From IMG/VR virus record IMGVR_UViG_2519899780_000006: a stretch of DNA of 48,195 nt; one strand, given 5' to 3'. The notes under the pieces are model-generated. The model had not been told where the DNA came from, searched no databases, and saw only the letters and a program-made list of their open reading frames with translations. Source of the stretch: a virus (Duplodnaviria; Heunggongvirae; Uroviricota; Caudoviricetes). This document shows, piece after piece, positions 37,952 to 47,108 of the stretch. Position numbers and translations under genes: made by a program. The stretch's first letter is position 1. Every line of letters starts with the position of its first letter.

Positions 37952-38634
37952 TGGTTGCCTCCTTTGCGAAGCTGGGCAGCAAAGTCAACTAACCACTCAG
38001 TCATTTCAACCTTCCCTACCAGGTCTGAACCAGGGTGCATACAGCAATCACTCTGCGCCGCTTTGAAATCCTTATACTCATATTCTTGGGCCACCAGATT
38101 TTTTGCAGCTTCTATAGCAGCATCCACCCCCTGCGCCCGGACTTCAGCCAGGAAAGCATCAGTGGTTGGCGTTTCAGGTATCTGTCTCCTCATCCGTTCT
38201 ATTGCATGATAGAACCCGAAGTCTTCCGCGAGAGATACGTCATCCATATTGTCATTGTCATCCTCAATATCCCGTGATTTTGGAATTGCAGACTTTATTC
38301 CCGCATTCTCAGCAGCCAGCGCCGCGCACTTGGCCTCAAGAGCGGCAACCACTTCCTGATGGTCTTTGTACTTAACGTATGAGCCGGAGATGTCATCACC
38401 TTCGGTGTTTAGCCATGCGTCATTGCAATTCACTGCGTAGGTTCTGATGCTCATGTTGATGCTCTCCCGCCCCTGACAGACGCCAGGCCAGTCAATAAAG
38501 TATCCGCAATGCCTACCCTCAGACGTGCGCGCAGGATAAATGCCGTTATGACCCGGCAAAATATATGCTACCCATTCATCTTGCGTTGCCTGTTCCGCCG
38601 CCTCGCGCAGTTCTTGATAGTCAATCTTGCTCAC
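37948..38634 (-). CDS. Ea22-like protein (paralogue 2)
   Basis: 228 aa; N-terminus MSKIDYQELREAAEQA; C-terminal segment QELREAAEQA repeats the N-terminal motif. Confidence 0.5.
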   Translation of the reverse strand: MSKIDYQELREAAEQATQDEWVAYILPGHNGIYPARTSEGRHCGYFIDWPGVCQGRESINMSIRTYAVNCNDAWLNTEGDDISGSYVKYKDHQEVVAALEAKCAALAAENAGIKSAIPKSRDIEDDNDNMDDVSLAEDFGFYHAIERMRRQIPETPTTDAFLAEVRAQGVDAAIEAAKNLVAQEYEYKDFKAAQSDCCMHPGSDLVGKVEMTEWLVDFAAQLRKGGNQ

Positions 38635-39115
38635 TGGTCGCCTCCTTCATAAAAATAATCCAGTGGGTCTTGTCACCCTTTCCTGTTCGTTGACCGATAA
38701 CAGGCTTTCTGTCGGTCAGTGCCAATATCTGGCGAACAGGTATTTGCGTTTCATTCCAGTTAAAAATCAGAACTCTGTATGGCCGCAACACACGAAAGGC
38801 TTCTTTAAATCCCTGCCGCAAATCATCACGCCAGGTATCTTTATTCAGCCGTCCATATTTCTTTCCCATCCAGGCGTTATCACCAACACGCTCAAGATGC
38901 GGAGGGTCGAATACAACAACCGGAAACGATGCGTCTGCAAATGGTAATGCACGAAAATCTGCTATCAGGTCAGGGCTAATTATCAGTCTTCGTCCATCAC
39001 ATAATGTGTGCTCTTCCTTTCTGATATCGCTAAATATCGCCCGGTCGTCATTCTTATCGAACCAGAACATGCGGCTGCCACAGCACATATCAAGAATGGT
39101 TGCCGGTGCACTCAC
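38621..39115 (-). CDS. Small methyltransferase-like protein (motif I then DPPH)
   Basis: 164 aa; ILDMCCGSRMF (SAM-binding-like) followed by VVFDPPH (N6A/N4C motif IV-like); too short for a typical target-recognition domain. Confidence 0.4.
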   Translation of the reverse strand: MSAPATILDMCCGSRMFWFDKNDDRAIFSDIRKEEHTLCDGRRLIISPDLIADFRALPFADASFPVVVFDPPHLERVGDNAWMGKKYGRLNKDTWRDDLRQGFKEAFRVLRPYRVLIFNWNETQIPVRQILALTDRKPVIGQRTGKGDKTHWIIFMKEATSEQD

Positions 39116-39534
39116 TGCGCTACCTCCTGAAAATTACCCTGATAAAACGACAATATGCGCTGCATAACTTCGCTCTTCCGGCACTCACGACAGATTATGT
39201 TCTGACGCCTGTCGTAGCGGCGTATTTCGCCGTCTGGTAATAGCCAGATAAGGTCCGGATCAACCACAGATGGTTTCTTCAGCTTTGCCCTTGAGAGTTT
39301 TTTGCGGGCGTTTTGCCAGTCCTTGCGCGCCTGCTCAGACGGGAATACTCCGTAACCGGAATTGTAAACATCACCACTGGCGGCCAGCTCCATGCATAAA
39401 CGACCGACAGACGCATGACTGACACCAATTTCATCCGATAACTGCCGAATCGTGCCTCGTCCGTTAAGGCGTACGAATTCCACGATCAGCCCTTTAATTT
39501 TTTCCCGCTCTTCTTGTGTAAAAACTTTTTCCAC
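39112..39534 (-). CDS. Hypothetical protein
   Basis: 140-aa ORF translationally coupled to neighbours. Confidence 0.45.
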   Translation of the reverse strand: MEKVFTQEEREKIKGLIVEFVRLNGRGTIRQLSDEIGVSHASVGRLCMELAASGDVYNSGYGVFPSEQARKDWQNARKKLSRAKLKKPSVVDPDLIWLLPDGEIRRYDRRQNIICRECRKSEVMQRILSFYQGNFQEVAQ

Positions 39535-39574
39535 AAGCCCTCCTGAAAATTACCTCATGACCAGAAATTAACAC

Positions 39575-40552
39575 TTACCCCCTGAAGCCCGGCGGAATTT
39601 CAGTGTCCGGTTCAGAAATGTGATTCACGCAACGCTGCGCAGGCGAACGCCCCAGGCGGATAACCAGTTCATCCCATTTTTCCCGGAGTTTTGCCGGACT
39701 CATGATGTTTTTTACCCAGAACGAATCCCGCTGGAGACGCCCAAACATTTCACAAATTTGTCTGTGAGTTCTGCCATCCAGCATCCGCATTGTGCGAACG
39801 TCATTGGCCCATGCTGTCCAGTTGGGTTCTTTCGGTCTAGTGATCTCGCCATCATCGCTGGCCGCCTGCTCGTAAAGACTCACGATTCGTCCCCAGATCC
39901 ACTGTGCGCACACCAAATCTTCCTGACTTCCCCACTGGCGTTTTTTCGCACTGAACACAACCGCGTCAGGGTGTCGGGTTAAAAAATCCTGTTCAGCCGT
40001 CTGCGGGTCCGGTTGCGAAGCGTCCGGACAAGAAGATCTTTTATCTGACGGATCAGGTTTTAATACTGACGGATCGGGGTCAATCATCGCCCCCCTAATC
40101 GGCAGTTTTTTATCAACGGTTGATCCATCAAAATTTGACGGGTCAACCGTTGAGGGGTCAATATTTGACGGGTCAACTGTTAACGGGTCATTTTTTGCCG
40201 GGCTAATTTTTCTTTTCGGTTTATATGACTCACGCGCCGCCGCCGCAGCTGCTTCGAGTTTTTCCACATTAAGCCGATAGATATTGCTTACATTACGCCC
40301 ACCGACCTTACGCTCTTCCTTCGTCAGCCAGCCCTCTTTCGCCAGTTCTGCAATAGCCGATTTCACTGTGGATTCACTTCTTGCACCGATCTGACGCCGG
40401 ATAGTTTCAATGGCAGGCCATGACACGCCCTCGTCATTGCTGTAGTCTGCAAGACGGGCCATAACCGCCACCCTGGATAAGATCATGCCGGTGAAGGCGC
40501 ACCCTTCCCAGACAAGACCATGAAGCTTGCTGCTCATAAAACCCCCGAACAC
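39575..40552 (-). CDS. Replication initiator, O-like (winged-HTH N-terminus)
   Basis: 325 aa; HTH-like N-terminus; internal peptide repeats DPLTVDPSNIDPSTVDPSNFDGSTVD coincide with DNA iterons; follows the Cro-like and YdaT-like genes. Confidence 0.6.
   Translation of the reverse strand: MFGGFMSSKLHGLVWEGCAFTGMILSRVAVMARLADYSNDEGVSWPAIETIRRQIGARSESTVKSAIAELAKEGWLTKEERKVGGRNVSNIYRLNVEKLEAAAAAARESYKPKRKISPAKNDPLTVDPSNIDPSTVDPSNFDGSTVDKKLPIRGAMIDPDPSVLKPDPSDKRSSCPDASQPDPQTAEQDFLTRHPDAVVFSAKKRQWGSQEDLVCAQWIWGRIVSLYEQAASDDGEITRPKEPNWTAWANDVRTMRMLDGRTHRQICEMFGRLQRDSFWVKNIMSPAKLREKWDELVIRLGRSPAQRCVNHISEPDTEIPPGFRG
40046..40235. repeat. ori: Candidate replication origin: iterons plus AT-rich tract inside the initiator gene
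   Basis: About six copies of GACGG(G/A)TCA-type repeats (near 40048, 40069, 40137, 40150, 40167, 40183) followed by an A/T-rich stretch 40190-40235. Confidence 0.5.
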
Positions 40553-40559
40553 CGTGCTT

Positions 40560-40985
40560 TTAGTGCATCACCACAGCATTCCCTGCCGGGCCGCCGCGAT
40601 TCATCTGGTCATACAAAACAACCGCTGACGCAACAAAATCATCGACATCCTTCACCAGCCGATCCCTCCGTTCGACGATCTCACGGTAATATTCAGAACT
40701 GTGGCTGCGCATACGGGCCACCAGCAAAGGCGGCATCGCCTTTTCGATCGCCGGTAACAGAGCCTGCATTTTTTCAACAGCATCAGGGGTGTCTTTATCC
40801 AGCCAACGGAAAATTTTCTGGGTATTACGGGCCAGGGCTTCCGGATGGCTGTCGTCATACAGTTCCGGGAACGTCATTCCCAGCTCGAAATACGCTTTGG
40901 TAATTTTCGCAGCCGGTACTTTTTCGCCGTCCGGATGCGCCCAGGCATTCATTGCCATGCGGATGTGTTCATGCTTGATTTTCAT
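40560..40985 (-). CDS. YdaT-like protein in the CII position
   Basis: 141 aa, MKIKHEHIRMAMNAWAHPDGEKVPAAKITKAYFELGMTF; resembles Rac YdaT as I recall it. Confidence 0.5.
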   Translation of the reverse strand: MKIKHEHIRMAMNAWAHPDGEKVPAAKITKAYFELGMTFPELYDDSHPEALARNTQKIFRWLDKDTPDAVEKMQALLPAIEKAMPPLLVARMRSHSSEYYREIVERRDRLVKDVDDFVASAVVLYDQMNRGGPAGNAVVMH

Positions 40986-41244
40986 GAATCACCCCCGCCT
41001 CTGGTTGTGTGTTAGCCTGATACTCGACAGGTAAGCCGTCGGTTGGGTTGGGATAAGTACTGCCATCAATCTCGTGCGGAGTTACTATCCAGCCTGTTGC
41101 TTCGCACCAGCGTAAAATTTTTTTCCCCGTAAGTTTCGCCCGTCCGGTAATGACATGGCTTACCATCCCTTGGGTTACCCCAACAATTTCAGCAAAATGC
41201 TTCTGAGTTATACCGGAATGATGCAAATATTCTCCAAGATTCAT
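40969..41244 (-). CDS. Cro-like HTH regulator (YdaS-like)
   Basis: 91 aa; HTH ITQKHFAEIVGVTQGMVSHVI; divergent from the repressor gene. Confidence 0.6.
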   Translation of the reverse strand: MNLGEYLHHSGITQKHFAEIVGVTQGMVSHVITGRAKLTGKKILRWCEATGWIVTPHEIDGSTYPNPTDGLPVEYQANTQPEAGVIHENQA

Positions 41245-41351
41245 TGTTCACCTCATGTGATGTCATCACGATCATTAATAGCATTGTTATTTTTAAAAGT
41301 AAATAGCATCACTATTTCAAAGAGATTAATAATCTTATTAGAATTGAAGGT
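41245..41351. promoter_or_regulatory. Divergent promoter/operator region of the immunity switch
   Basis: 107-bp AT-rich gap between divergent HTH genes; repeated AATAGCAT half-site-like motifs. Confidence 0.4.
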
Positions 41352-41852
41352 ATGAAAAGAAAATCCCTGTCAGAGATCGACCTGCAAGCCGCCCAGAGAC
41401 TGAAAGAAATCTGGACGGCGAAAAAAAATCAACTAGGGTTAACCCAAGAGCGTGCGGCAGAAATTCTGGGATTTTCGACACAGGGAGCTGTAAGCCATTA
41501 TCTAAATGGTCAGACACCTTTAAATCTTGAGGCTGTTATCAAGTTCGCAGGGTTGCTGCAAGTTCCTCCCGAGTCAATCAGACCAGATATGGCCGAGTTG
41601 TTACAAATTGTAAGGATGTATCCCCAAGAATCTGGGGAGGACAATGTTGTCACTATATCTGCAGATATGGAACAATCGGAAAACGAACTTCCGTTTAATA
41701 TAGACCCCATGGAGCGGGATTTGCTCCAGACGTTCAGGGCTTTCCCCAAAGAAGATAAAGAGAAAATGCTTAAGGAAATGAAGGAGAAAAAAGAATCAAT
41801 TGAAGAAATCGTTGCGCGATGGCTAGCTGCGCAAAAGGGTCGTCGCGCCTAA
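41352..41852 (+). CDS. HTH repressor in the CI position (PaaR2/RacR-like)
   Basis: 166 aa; HTH LTQERAAEILGFSTQGAVSHYLNG; no obvious S24 peptidase domain; first gene of a three-gene operon. Confidence 0.6.
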   Translation: MKRKSLSEIDLQAAQRLKEIWTAKKNQLGLTQERAAEILGFSTQGAVSHYLNGQTPLNLEAVIKFAGLLQVPPESIRPDMAELLQIVRMYPQESGEDNVVTISADMEQSENELPFNIDPMERDLLQTFRAFPKEDKEKMLKEMKEKKESIEEIVARWLAAQKGRRA

Positions 41853-41869
41853 TCTGAGGAGGTAAAAAC

Positions 41870-42061
41870 ATGAGTACAGCCCTTTCCCCGATAATTTCTG
41901 AATTTGAAACAGTCGAACAAGAAAACAGCTATAACGAATGGTTGCGAACCAAAGTGGCAGCAAGCCTCTCAGATCCCCGTCCTGCAATTCCACATGACGA
42001 AGTAATGGCTGAAATGGAAAACCTTATTGCTCAATTAGCTGCAACGAACAGGAGTGAGTAA
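41870..42061 (+). CDS. Antitoxin, PaaA2-like
   Basis: 63 aa acidic protein immediately upstream of and overlapping the ParE-like toxin gene. Confidence 0.65.
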   Translation: MSTALSPIISEFETVEQENSYNEWLRTKVAASLSDPRPAIPHDEVMAEMENLIAQLAATNRSE

Positions 42062-42351
42062 TGCTGCCCATTTTATGGCTACCTTCTGCACGTGATGATT
42101 TACGTCAGATCGTAGCCTATATTGCTAAGGAAAACCCTCCCGCTGCACGTAGACTAAAAATACGCATTGAAACATCAGTTTTGTCACTTACTGAACACCC
42201 TTATCTGTACCCACCGAGCGAAAGAGTTCCAAGTCTTCGTGAGATAGTGACTCATCCTAACTACATAATACTTTACCGAGTAACAGCATCTAACATCGAG
42301 ATCGTAAATGTAGTTCACTCACGAAGACAGTATCCAAACAAAACCTGTTAA
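42061..42351 (+). CDS. ParE/RelE-superfamily toxin (ParE2-like)
   Basis: 96 aa; EHPYLYPPSERVPSLREIVTHPNYIILYRV matches the ParE family as recalled; ATGA-coupled to the antitoxin. Confidence 0.7.
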   Translation: MLPILWLPSARDDLRQIVAYIAKENPPAARRLKIRIETSVLSLTEHPYLYPPSERVPSLREIVTHPNYIILYRVTASNIEIVNVVHSRRQYPNKTC

Positions 42352-42365
42352 TCCTTCCTGTCAAC

Positions 42366-42388
42366 AACCACCTTCGGGTGGTTTTTTT
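42366..42388 (+). terminator. Intrinsic terminator of the repressor-TA operon
   Basis: Hairpin aaccacc ttcg ggtggtt followed by TTTTT. Confidence 0.5.
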
Positions 42389-42620
42389 CTTGCCACGATA
42401 ATAGCACTGCTATTTACATAATTAAATAGTAGTGGTATTGTTCATTCATCAACCCACCCCGCCCCACAGAACGCCAGGCAATACTTCGAGTTACCCGGCA
42501 GTGGTCAGGGGTTAAGTAGCCAGCCCGAGGCGTAAGAACATGACGGCAGGGTTCAACTTTAATAACTATGCAGCAGGTTTTTGTTCCGCTACCCCGGCGT
42601 TAAGGGGAAATGAGGTCAGC

Positions 42621-42773
42621 ATGGATACTATCGATCTTGGCAACAACGAATCTCTGGTATGCGGTGTGTTCCCTAACCAGGACGGCACCTTCACCGCGAT
42701 GACGTATACCAAAAGTAAAACGTTTAAAACCGCAGCTGGCGCGCATCGCTGGTTAGCAAGAAACACTGACTGA
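42621..42773 (+). CDS. Small prophage protein (YdaF-like)
   Basis: 50 aa MDTIDLGNNESLVCGVFPNQDGTFTAMTYTKSKTF with GAGG 5 nt upstream of ATG 42621; the ORF track gives a longer version from 42540. Confidence 0.4.
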   Translation: MDTIDLGNNESLVCGVFPNQDGTFTAMTYTKSKTFKTAAGAHRWLARNTD

Positions 42774-43123
42774 TGAGGTTGACGATGGAATTTAAAGATT
42801 TACCTCCTTCAATCCAGGAGATTGCAGCACACACACTTCGTCATCGTCTGAACGAACTTGAATTGGAATCGGTAACAAAAAAAGACACTGATAATATGGC
42901 TCGTAATGTGCGCGATGCGTTTACTGGGCTGTTTTCAGATACAGCTTTAAATATCCATGGCACAGAGGATACAGCAAAACAATTTGCAGAAAAAGAAGTG
43001 GAAGATCCCAGCTCAAAGAGCCAGAAACAGCCAAACAACCATGAAATTAACGAACTGCTTCTGGCAACAGGCTTCATAAATATTAACGAATATGAACGCC
43101 GTAAAAAAATGTTATCTGATTAA
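42773..43123 (+). CDS. Hypothetical protein
   Basis: 116-aa ORF; likelier start at MEFKDL (42785) with GAGG upstream. Confidence 0.4.
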   Translation: MRLTMEFKDLPPSIQEIAAHTLRHRLNELELESVTKKDTDNMARNVRDAFTGLFSDTALNIHGTEDTAKQFAEKEVEDPSSKSQKQPNNHEINELLLATGFININEYERRKKMLSD

Positions 43124-43306
43124 TCCATCAAGATATCTTTTTAGCATCAGCGTTTCTACGTTATTAAAACCATCAGATTTTAACATAGCTTCGATTCGCT
43201 GATTTAAATTGCCAACTAACTGTTGATACTGAGTAGATGGAAGCATGTGTACCAGCTCCTTGAGAACACAATAACATGCACCAAGTTTTAACTCCTGCTC
43301 TGACAT
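43112..43306 (-). CDS. Hypothetical small protein
   Basis: 64 aa from MSEQELKLGACYC (ATG 43304-43306) with GGAGGA RBS; the ORF track gives an 88-aa version. Confidence 0.4.
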   Translation of the reverse strand: MSEQELKLGACYCVLKELVHMLPSTQYQQLVGNLNQRIEAMLKSDGFNNVETLMLKRYLDGLIR

Positions 43307-43872
43307 TTTATCCTCCATTGAGGTTACTGGTTGAGAATGGAGACCTCTCGTGACAGCGTGTGGTCGTGCGCCGGACACGGATAAGAATCCGGCACTGACA
43401 GTTTACTGAAAGGATATTTCCCTGAAAAGTCAGACCATAACGCGAAAGCGCACGGCGAGGTAGCTGGTTCATAGATAGCCTGTCGTTAAATTTTCGTCGA
43501 CCGTGCGCTTCCGGTTGTGGCAATCCGCGAAATGGCGCGGCGGTAAGTATGGCGGGGTTATTCCTTCCCCCGTTGAGGACACCGGGTTGTCAGGTTGGCC
43601 ATACGCTTAAGTGACAACCCCGCTGCAACGCCCTCTGTTATCAATTTTCTGGTGACGTTTGGCGGTATCAGTTTTACTCCGTGACTGCTCTGCCGCCCTT
43701 TTTAAAGTGAATTTTGTGATGTGGTGAATGCGGCTGAGCGCACGCGGAACAGTTAAAACCAAAAACAGTGTTATGGGTGGATTCTCTGTATCCGGCGTTA
43801 ATTGTTAACTGGTTAACGTCACCTGGAGGCACCAGGCACCGCATCACAAAATTCATTGTTGAGGACGCGATA

Positions 43873-44061
43873 ATGGAAACGTTATTACCAAACGTTAATA
43901 CGTCTGAAGGTTGTTTTGATATTGGTGTTCTGCTCAGTAACCGGGAGTTTACTGAAGATGCCATTAATATGAGGAAATATGAGCCTTATCTGCTCAATGA
44001 TAATTCCATACTTTCCCGAATTGCTCTTCTTGAACTTGGTATTTTCGGAGAGCGTCAATGA
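43873..44061 (+). CDS. Hypothetical small protein
   Basis: 62 aa METLLPNVNTSEGCFDIGVLL; GAGGA upstream; ATGA-coupled to the next ORF; low GC. Confidence 0.35.
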   Translation: METLLPNVNTSEGCFDIGVLLSNREFTEDAINMRKYEPYLLNDNSILSRIALLELGIFGERQ

Positions 44062-44246
44062 CTTCAGCATTTGCACTGATGATGACGGTTTTTCTTATAA
44101 CGGGTGAATCACAGAATGTGATTACCGGAATTTATGCCAGTAAAGAATCCTGCCTCCAGGCAAGAGACGAGCAAAAAATTTCTGGTGAATGCCTCCCGGT
44201 AAAAAAAGTATCGCTGTACCTGAATAACGAAACACCGGCTGGATAA
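44058..44246 (+). CDS. Hypothetical small protein with hydrophobic N-terminus
   Basis: 62 aa MTSAFALMMTVFLITGESQNV; possible signal peptide or TM helix. Confidence 0.35.
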   Translation: MTSAFALMMTVFLITGESQNVITGIYASKESCLQARDEQKISGECLPVKKVSLYLNNETPAG

Positions 44247-44338
44247 CCCTCCAGCCATATTAACACCATACCAACGGATTAAAAATGCCAGCAATGGCAG
44301 GGATTTGTTCACCCTTAAATCTGTAATGAGGTTTATCA

Positions 44339-46777
44339 ATGAGCACTGATAAAGAAGAATTTGCGCTATATTGCGAAGCAAAAAATGACAAAGTCAGAAA
44401 ACGTCTGGGAATTAAAGGTGGTTTTTACTGGACTACAGCAAAAAAATTATCTGTTGCCATCTCCCGCTGCATTACCGCAATGGATGACAACGATTATGAT
44501 GAAGACGACTTTAAAAAACCCGTTCGCGTCCATTTACCCGTTGTGAATGACCTTCCACCTGAAGGCGTGTTTGATACCGAATTCTGCAACCGATACGAAA
44601 AAGGCGGGGAAGATGGCATTACAATGGTATTTATCGCGCCCTCTCCCTCCGTGCAGGAGAAACCAGCCAGTACTGACAATACCAACGTCAACGGCGAAGA
44701 CATGACGGAGATTGAGGAGAATATGCTCCTGCCGGTTTCTGGTCAGGAGCTGCCCATTCGCTGGCTTGCGCAACACAGCAGCGAAAAACCAGTAACGCAC
44801 GTTGCACGGGAAGAACTTCAGGCATTACATATAGCACGGGCGGAAGAACTGCCGGCTGTTACTGCCCTGGCCATTTCTCACAAAACAAAGCTGCTCGACC
44901 CGCTGGAGATTCGCGACCTTCACAAACTGGTACGCGACACTGACAAAGTTTTCCCTAATCCCGGTAATTCAGACCTGGGACTGATAACTGCTTTTTTCGA
45001 GGCATACCTGGACGCTGATTACACTGATCGGGGTCTGCTGACAAAAGAGTGGATGAAAGGAAATCGTGTTTCGCGTATCACCCGTACGGCTTCCGGTGCA
45101 AATGCCGGTGGCGGGAACAAAACCGATCGCAATCCGAATTTAGTACACACCTTCGATGCGCTGGATGTGGAGATTGCAGCAGCCACACTTCCGATGGATT
45201 TTAATATTTATGAAATTCCGGGCAGCGTTTATCGTCGCGCAAAAGAAATCGTCCTGAAAAAAGAAAGTCCGTTCAGGGAATGGTCCGCAGCACTTCGCGC
45301 AACCCCTGGTATCCTGGACTATTCCCGCGCAGCTATTTTTGCACTTATCCGAAGCGCCCACCCTGAGTTTTATCACTACCCGGGGCGCCTTCAGGGGTAT
45401 ATCAATGCCAACCTGACAGAAACTGATCACGAGAATCCCACAGCTGAAACGCTCATGGCTGCCCGGCATACACCGGAAAAAGATATCCTGGAAGAAATTA
45501 ACGGCGGACTGGCTGCTGAGTGCAAAACAGAAGAAGAAAAAAATGATGAAGATAACCCGCAACCATCTGGCGCAATGGCAGATGAACAGGCAACGGCTGA
45601 AACAATGGCAGCGGATACAGTTGAACATCATCAGGACCCGCAGCCGCTGGATGACAAGTCACAGGTAAAAGTTACCGCTGACGAAGTAAACAAAATTATG
45701 CAGGCAGCCAATATCAGCCAGCCTGACGCCGATAAGTTGCTTGCTGCCTCTCGCGGAGAATTTGTTGCAGGGATTAGCGCCCCGAATGATCCGAAATGGG
45801 TAAAGGGGATTGAAACCCGCGATTCTGTAAACCAGAACCAGCAAGAATCGGAACAGAACGACCAGAAAGCGGAACAAAACAGCCCAAATGCGTTACAAAA
45901 CGAGCCAGAAACGAAACAACCTGAACCAGTAGTGCAACAGGAACCGGAAAAGATCTGCACAGCCTGCGGTCAGACCGGCGGCGGCAACTGCCCTGATTGT
46001 GGCGCGGTGATGGGCGACGCAACATACCAGGAAACATTCGATGAAGAGAATCAGGTTGAAGTTCAGGAAAATGATCCGAAGGAAATGGAAGGCGCTGAAC
46101 ATCCACACAAGGAGAATGCTGGCAGCGCTCAGGATCACGCCAGCGATAGTGAAACTGGCGAGACGGCAGATCCCTTAATTACGGTGAACGGTCATCACGT
46201 TATCACATCCACCAGCAGGACGTGTGACCATCTAATGATCGACCTTGAAACCATGGGAAAAAATCCTGATGCCCCGATCATCTCAATAGGTGCAATATTT
46301 TTCGATCCGCAAACCGGAGATATGGGACCGGAATTTAGTAAGACTATCGATCTGGAAACTGCTGGCGGGGTCATTGATCGGGACACCATTAAATGGTGGC
46401 TTAAGCAATCACGCGAAGCGCAATCTGCCATTATGACCGATGAAATCCCGTTAGATGATGCACTGTTACAATTGCGGGAATTTATCGACGAAAACTCCGG
46501 TGAATTTTTTGTTCAGGTCTGGGGAAATGGAGCCAACTTCGACAACACGATTTTGCGCCGTTCATACGAACGGCAGGGGCTCCCCTGCCCGTGGCGTTAC
46601 TACAACGATCGAGATGTACGCACAATCGTTGAGCTGGGGAAAGCCATAGACTTCGATGCCAGAACGGCTATTCCATTCGAAGGTGAGCGCCATAATGCAC
46701 TTGATGACGCCCGTTACCAGGCAAAATACGTTTCAGTTATCTGGCAAAAACTGATCCCGAGTCAGGCTGATTTTTAA
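44339..46777 (+). CDS. RecE-like protein with C-terminal DEDDh 3'-5' exonuclease domain
   Basis: 812 aa; central region resembles Rac RecE N-terminal part as recalled ([31 protein letters not shown]); C-terminus has DnaQ-like motifs [29 protein letters not shown]. Confidence 0.65.
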   Translation: MSTDKEEFALYCEAKNDKVRKRLGIKGGFYWTTAKKLSVAISRCITAMDDNDYDEDDFKKPVRVHLPVVNDLPPEGVFDTEFCNRYEKGGEDGITMVFIAPSPSVQEKPASTDNTNVNGEDMTEIEENMLLPVSGQELPIRWLAQHSSEKPVTHVAREELQALHIARAEELPAVTALAISHKTKLLDPLEIRDLHKLVRDTDKVFPNPGNSDLGLITAFFEAYLDADYTDRGLLTKEWMKGNRVSRITRTASGANAGGGNKTDRNPNLVHTFDALDVEIAAATLPMDFNIYEIPGSVYRRAKEIVLKKESPFREWSAALRATPGILDYSRAAIFALIRSAHPEFYHYPGRLQGYINANLTETDHENPTAETLMAARHTPEKDILEEINGGLAAECKTEEEKNDEDNPQPSGAMADEQATAETMAADTVEHHQDPQPLDDKSQVKVTADEVNKIMQAANISQPDADKLLAASRGEFVAGISAPNDPKWVKGIETRDSVNQNQQESEQNDQKAEQNSPNALQNEPETKQPEPVVQQEPEKICTACGQTGGGNCPDCGAVMGDATYQETFDEENQVEVQENDPKEMEGAEHPHKENAGSAQDHASDSETGETADPLITVNGHHVITSTSRTCDHLMIDLETMGKNPDAPIISIGAIFFDPQTGDMGPEFSKTIDLETAGGVIDRDTIKWWLKQSREAQSAIMTDEIPLDDALLQLREFIDENSGEFFVQVWGNGANFDNTILRRSYERQGLPCPWRYYNDRDVRTIVELGKAIDFDARTAIPFEGERHNALDDARYQAKYVSVIWQKLIPSQADF

Positions 46778-46838
46778 TGTTCAACCGTCGCCAGTTGTCG
46801 TTGATATTCTGCAACTGGCGCGTTCCGGAGTGATAGCC

Positions 46839-47108
46839 ATGAGCGAACAGTACCTGATAACGCTCGACGAGTGGAAACCAAAACGGTTCAGTCTCCCAAT
46901 AACAAACACTACCCTGGTGAAATACGGAAAACTAGGATACATCGTTCCAAGACCACAAAAAATTCGTGGGCGTTGGCTGATAGATCGCCGAGCAGTATTT
47001 GTTGGGCCTGGTGAAACGGGAATTGCGCCGGAAATTCATACTGGCGATGATGATGCACTGAAGGAGATTTTAACTCATGTCACCGAGGCCACGAAAAAAC
47101 AGCACTGA
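46839..47108 (+). CDS. xis: Excisionase-like protein
   Basis: 89 aa from MSEQYLITLDEWKPKRF (ATG 46839); immediately upstream of and overlapping int. The ORF track starts at an upstream GTG. Confidence 0.55.
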   Translation: MSEQYLITLDEWKPKRFSLPITNTTLVKYGKLGYIVPRPQKIRGRWLIDRRAVFVGPGETGIAPEIHTGDDDALKEILTHVTEATKKQH

